This document shows, one piece after another, positions 25,631 through 29,556 of a stretch of DNA of 29,556 bases (position 1 is the first letter of the stretch; every line of letters begins with the position of its first letter). Origin of the DNA: Candidatus Iainarchaeum sp. Lineage in GTDB: Archaea; Iainarchaeota; Iainarchaeia; Iainarchaeales; JAXPJC01. Both the position numbers and the translations under genes were made by a program. Below the pieces are notes generated by a model. It had not been told where the DNA came from. It saw only the letters and a program-made list of their open reading frames with translations, and ran no database searches. Location of the stretch: the NCBI GenBank assembly GCA_016187745.1, contig JACPJC010000001.1, forward strand, positions 1 through 29,556. The letters are read 5' to 3'.

Positions 25631-25652
25631 GGCGCAGGCAATTTCCTGCGCC
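25631..25652. other. GC-rich intergenic hairpin
   Basis: GGCGCAGG-caattt-CCTGCGCC, perfect 8-bp stem; function unknown. Confidence 0.4.
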
Positions 25653-25695
25653 ATGGCAAAGGAGGGATTGTTTTCCAATCCTTGCTTTATTTTCT

Positions 25696-25738
25696 TTTTT
25701 TATGGGAGTTTTTTACTTTTTTATTTTTTATGGGAGTT
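25696..25738. repeat. Short direct repeat TTTTTTATGGGAGTT x2
   Basis: Copies at 25696..25710 and 25724..25738, plus partial GGAGTT at 25740. Confidence 0.55.
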
Positions 25739-25754
25739 AGGAGTTTTATTTCAG

Positions 25755-26252
25755 TTAAATCTTTGCCAAGTACAATACTTTTTTTCCGCTCTGCACCTTT
25801 CTCAGCATGCCTTCCTTGTATAACTTATTCAGCCTCTGTGAAGCCGCGTTCTTTCCCTTGTATCCAAGGACGCTCTGGACTGCAGAAGCGTCAATGCTGC
25901 CGCTCTTCTCCGCAAGGCCTATTATTACCTGGTCCTGCTCCGGAAGTACTGAAAACTTCTGCCCTGCCGGCTGCAAGTGCTCCTCGGCATTCCTTGTTTT
26001 AAGGGCGAACATTATGCTGTCAAATTTCTCATTTATCTTGTCCATTGCGGAATTGGTCTTTTCCCTTTCCTCTGCCAGTTTGAAGAGCAATACTGCGAGG
26101 AATACCGGGTCCTTGCTGAATTCCATTATCTGCTGTATGTCAAGGCTAAGCTCATTGAACTTCGGGGAGAGCTTTTTAAGCAGCTCCTCCTTGCCCTTCT
26201 CGAGCTCCTGCACTAAATTTTCCTTCAGGCCGCTATCGTCATGAGTATCCAT
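25755..26252 (-). CDS. Coiled-coil + C-terminal winged-HTH protein, putative regulator
   Basis: DASAVQSVLGYKGKNAASQRLNKLYKEGMLRKVQSGKKVLY winged-helix pattern. Confidence 0.75.
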   Translation of the reverse strand: MDTHDDSGLKENLVQELEKGKEELLKKLSPKFNELSLDIQQIMEFSKDPVFLAVLLFKLAEEREKTNSAMDKINEKFDSIMFALKTRNAEEHLQPAGQKFSVLPEQDQVIIGLAEKSGSIDASAVQSVLGYKGKNAASQRLNKLYKEGMLRKVQSGKKVLYLAKI

Positions 26253-26255
26253 AAC

Positions 26256-26278
26256 ATATCATGATATAGTCATGATAT
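26256..26278. promoter_or_regulatory. TCATGA-centred palindromes upstream of the wHTH gene
   Basis: ATATCATGATAT (26256..26267) and TCATGATAT (26270..26278), 11-bp period, between the TATA box and start codon. Confidence 0.55.
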
Positions 26279-26399
26279 ATATAAACCTTGCGCTTTATGG
26301 AAGTGAACTAGCGGTATAAGAAGAGTTTGGAAAGGCAAGTTATGTAGCATAACGTCGCAAGCCCCCAAAATGAAGAAAAAAGAAATAGGAACTGCAAAT

Positions 26400-26744
26400 T
26401 CACTTCCTGAGCAGTATCTCTATTGCAGAAACCTTCAGGGTATTTCCCTCATCGCTCTGCACCTCTTCGGTTGAAATGTCTATCTTCCCTATCTTCAGAT
26501 CGCTCATGAACTTGTTTCTCACGATTTCCGCAACATCTACCGCGCGGCTTATTGCCCTGCCCCTGGCCTTGATGAAAACTTCGGAAGTTCCCGAATTCAG
26601 TTGCGTTACCACGGCAAGGACATAGGCCATTGCCCCCTTTTTCCCTATGTATACTGTATTGTCGTCCATGCGCTTTGCCTCCTTTCCGCCTGTTGCCTGA
26701 ATTTCCCTGTGCTCTGTTCTATGCTCTTTTGTTTCATCAGTCAT
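26400..26744 (-). CDS. albA: DNA/RNA-binding chromatin protein Alba
   Basis: [41 protein letters not shown]; AGGTGG ribosome-binding site before ATG 26744; charged N-terminal extension. Confidence 0.95.
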   Translation of the reverse strand: MTDETKEHRTEHREIQATGGKEAKRMDDNTVYIGKKGAMAYVLAVVTQLNSGTSEVFIKARGRAISRAVDVAEIVRNKFMSDLKIGKIDISTEEVQSDEGNTLKVSAIEILLRK

Positions 26745-26929
26745 GTTACCACCTTTATTGCCTTTTCCGGGCACGATGCCTCGCAGGCGTTGCACTGCAG
26801 GCAGTCATTGCTCTTTGAAGAAATGACGCTGCATTTTCCGCCCCTGAGCTCAAATATGCTCACAGGGCAGGTCTGCACGCAAATCCCATTTCCGCTGCAT
26901 TTCGCCCTGTCAATGGTTATTTTCGCCAT
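26741..26929 (-). CDS. Small dicluster-type ferredoxin
   Basis: [12 protein letters not shown] and [12 protein letters not shown]; start set at ATG 26929. Confidence 0.9.
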   Translation of the reverse strand: MAKITIDRAKCSGNGICVQTCPVSIFELRGGKCSVISSKSNDCLQCNACEASCPEKAIKVVT

Positions 26930-27002
26930 TTTCACAGCCCGGTTGCAGGATTTCTGCAGTAAGTAAATGGAATAAATAATTTTTAAGGGTTTGTTTTTGC
27001 GC

Positions 27003-27734
27003 TTACGGGCAATGCAAGCCCTTGATAAGGTTAATTTCCTTTTCAATTAGATGGGCCTTCTCAGGATAAAAATCAGTTTCAATAATCATAGGCACGCCGG
27101 CTGCAGAAACCTCCCTGATTTCCTCTATTTGCGCAGGATCCGCTTCGCACAAAAAGCCATGCTCTTTCAATTTTCCGTCCTTAATCCAGCGCGCGCTCAC
27201 ATGCATTGCTTTCAGCTTGTTTTTCATAATAAGGAAGTCAGAGGGCTTTAACTTATTCCCGATGACGTGCCCGGCATCCAGAACAAGATTCAGAAAGCCG
27301 TATTTCCTGAGCAAATTATTCATTTCTTCAGCAGTTTGGAAGCCCTCGCTCTCAGGCTTTTCATTCATGTTCTCAATGCATATGGGCATCTCAGCCCTTA
27401 TGGCATTAAAGTCCTTCACATTTGTGGGATGGAAAAGAAGGTATTTTGCATTTATCTGCCCTGCAAGTTTCACAGCCTTAGCCATAATATCCGCAGTTTC
27501 CTTGTTGCCTGTGTACTCTGCATTTTTGAAAGGCATGTGGATTGAAGTGGAACTAAGGCCTTTGAGAAATGCAACAGCCCTTTCATCAAATTCAAAATCC
27601 TGCACTTCTTCAGGATAGGCAAGCACAACCTCAACAGCATCAATCATGCCCCTGAATTTCTCAAGGTAATGGATGCCTTCAAGCCTGTCCAGGCCCAGAT
27701 CATGGCAGCAGCCTGTTGAAATCCCAACACACAT
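27003..27734 (-). CDS. Xylose isomerase-like TIM barrel protein (sugar phosphate isomerase/AP endonuclease 2 family)
   Basis: SIHMP, LFHP, ICIENM, VLDAGH, MHVS, MIIE metal-binding pattern. Confidence 0.8.
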   Translation of the reverse strand: MCVGISTGCCHDLGLDRLEGIHYLEKFRGMIDAVEVVLAYPEEVQDFEFDERAVAFLKGLSSTSIHMPFKNAEYTGNKETADIMAKAVKLAGQINAKYLLFHPTNVKDFNAIRAEMPICIENMNEKPESEGFQTAEEMNNLLRKYGFLNLVLDAGHVIGNKLKPSDFLIMKNKLKAMHVSARWIKDGKLKEHGFLCEADPAQIEEIREVSAAGVPMIIETDFYPEKAHLIEKEINLIKGLHCP

Positions 27735-27797
27735 AATAAACCCCCTGGCCTAGGATAACCCTGAAGATGTGCTGCAGCGAATTAAATAAATAACCAG

Positions 27798-28679
27798 TTA
27801 TGATCTTCCGGTAAGATAGCGGATTGTTGCCTCGAATATGCCCCTTGTCCTTCCCGGGTCGTAATTGAAGTAGATGCTCTTTCCTATGAGCAATGGCTTC
27901 TCAACAATCGCCGTGTAATACTGCGGAGTGCGCATGTCCTGCGCGTATGCAATTTCATTTCCGCTTATCGGGACATTAAGAACCTCAAGCATAATCAGTC
28001 CGAGCGAAGGGTCTGCAGGAACTTCCTCAATTCCCTTCATTATCCTGTGGTCAACATCCTGCCTGAATATTTTCCCGCGAACTGTCCTTCTGTCCAGGCA
28101 TGAGGGCTCTCCGCCGGCCTGCTTCTCGCATGTTACAGGGACAATATTCCCGAATGTCGCTTCCCATCCCAGAACATCAGCAGAATCCTTGCGCCTTATT
28201 CCTGAGTCCAGAACAGTGATGAATTTCCCGCCGCGCTTAACATAATCCTGTATCGCCTCTCCCAATTGCCTTGAAACTTCCTTGTTCGCCTGCAGGTGCT
28301 GGTCCAGCATTACAACATCGTACTGCGCGAGCTGCTCTTCCGCGCTCCTTTCAAGGTCCTGAACGTCCTTTATCCTGTATGTGACCAGGTCCTTGTCCTC
28401 ATCAAGGATTATGCGCAAATCTGTTGAGGGCTGGCCGATTATAAGCAGGCTAACAGGCTGCTCATTGCCCTTCACAAGCGCAACAACAGGCCCTATTACA
28501 GGGGTGTTTGAAGTTATGACTCCTGTCCAGACTGCTGCTACAAATGCGATAAGAATAATGAGTATTAATGGAATAAGGCCCTCAATGTTCGCGGCAAACC
28601 TTGACTTGACAGGGAAATAATCCGCGGCGGGCGCTGCTCCTGCGCCGGCATCTCCTTCAGGGTACATTTTGGACACCAA
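27798..28679 (-). CDS. Membrane-anchored protein with class I glutamine amidotransferase-like fold
   Basis: TM helix, then LAQYDVVML...AIQDYVKRGGKFI; TTG start with AGGAG upstream. Confidence 0.7.
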   Translation of the reverse strand: MVSKMYPEGDAGAGAAPAADYFPVKSRFAANIEGLIPLILIILIAFVAAVWTGVITSNTPVIGPVVALVKGNEQPVSLLIIGQPSTDLRIILDEDKDLVTYRIKDVQDLERSAEEQLAQYDVVMLDQHLQANKEVSRQLGEAIQDYVKRGGKFITVLDSGIRRKDSADVLGWEATFGNIVPVTCEKQAGGEPSCLDRRTVRGKIFRQDVDHRIMKGIEEVPADPSLGLIMLEVLNVPISGNEIAYAQDMRTPQYYTAIVEKPLLIGKSIYFNYDPGRTRGIFEATIRYLTGRS

Positions 28680-28824
28680 TTAACTCCTTTTAATTATTAA
28701 ATTAACTCCTATATATTTATTCTTTCTATTGTTTAAATACCTTTGCTTTTGCGCCTTATGCGCTTTTTCCTTCTGCTATTCTAATATTCTTTCTTATTTA
28801 AAAATCTTTCTTTTGAATTTCTGC

Positions 28825-29556
28825 CTACTTGAGCATCCCGTAATACATGTTCTCCAGTATGGAATAGAATTTCTCCTTGTTCTCGGGCCTTACGAGATTT
28901 TCCGGCGGAATTGCATAATAGGCAACCCTTTCCCCTATTCCTGTGGGCGCGCTTGCAATTATTATGGGGAAAGTCCTTCCGTAATCCTCGCCATCATTCC
29001 CGATCAGGTTGCTTTGGTAATTCACATTCAGCACGTTTGTTATTGTCGCATCGTCCAGCGCCTCAACAATTGAGAAGTCTCCATGAAGCGCAAGGCCGGG
29101 GGTTATTGCATTCACCAGCCTGTGGAAGCGGTCCGGAGCTTCCAGCTTCCCTATGTAAGTAAGCGGCTCATTTTCACATTTTTTCACTTCACAGTAATTT
29201 GTCCTGTACTTTACCCCCAGCACATAATCAAACCTTACCACCTCATTTCCTTTCTTGCGCGCCCATGGCCCAAAGGCGTCATGCGCAGCATTCAGATCCA
29301 AATCATCCTCGTAAAGGAAAACATCCTTGTTCTCGTCCCTTGCATAGGCTGTTCCCGCATCCCCTGTCCATACAAGCCTTCCGCCTGTAGTTACATAATC
29401 CGCAAACATCTTGAGCTTCTTTGTTGAAATTGTTTTTGCATGCGTAACTATCACAAGGTCATGCTTGCGCAGGTTCCCAATGCTAGTGTATGCAAGCTCC
29501 GCAATTTGCGCGCGAACACCCAAATGCGCGGGGTCCTGCATCGCCTGCTGCAGCAA
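28825..29556 (-). CDS. Paralogous GATase1-like surface protein, C-terminal part (5' end outside the window)
   Basis: LRKHDLVIV...MFADYVTTGGRLVWTGDAG parallels LAQYDVVML...DYVKRGGKFITVLDSG of the neighbour. Confidence 0.7.
   Translation of the reverse strand: MLQQAMQDPAHLGVRAQIAELAYTSIGNLRKHDLVIVTHAKTISTKKLKMFADYVTTGGRLVWTGDAGTAYARDENKDVFLYEDDLDLNAAHDAFGPWARKKGNEVVRFDYVLGVKYRTNYCEVKKCENEPLTYIGKLEAPDRFHRLVNAITPGLALHGDFSIVEALDDATITNVLNVNYQSNLIGNDGEDYGRTFPIIIASAPTGIGERVAYYAIPPENLVRPENKEKFYSILENMYYGMLK

Overview
Archaeal genomic window, most consistent with a DPANN lineage such as Diapherotrites/Iainarchaeota. This placement is inferred from gatD, archaeal ProRS, ATP-dependent ligase, Alba, ZPR1, BHB-intron tRNAs and the compact layout; it was not checked by phylogeny. 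The window holds about 35 protein genes, four tRNA genes (Pro-TGG, Pro-GGG and Leu-TAG with 37/38 introns; Val-CAC without) and one clear box C/D sRNA, none of which the ORF track shows. Notable points: (1) a proline-themed cluster, tRNA-Pro(TGG)-tRNA-Pro(GGG)-proB-proS; (2) a REP/MITE-like hairpin present both inside the tRNA-Pro(TGG) intron and just downstream of that gene; (3) a larEBC nickel-pincer cofactor operon with no larA in view; (4) two HTH-MNT/HEPN modules, each preceded by tandem 19-bp operator-like repeats at 21-bp period; (5) a compact RNase HIII-like enzyme; (6) a DRG GTPase with degenerate G3/G4 motifs; (7) tRNAs with C at normally invariant U33/U55; (8) an orphan antitoxin followed by a possible toxin remnant; (9) a frameshifted surface-protein gene. 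No CRISPR array, rRNA, integrase or transposase was seen. All calls come from reading motifs by eye; no database search was run.
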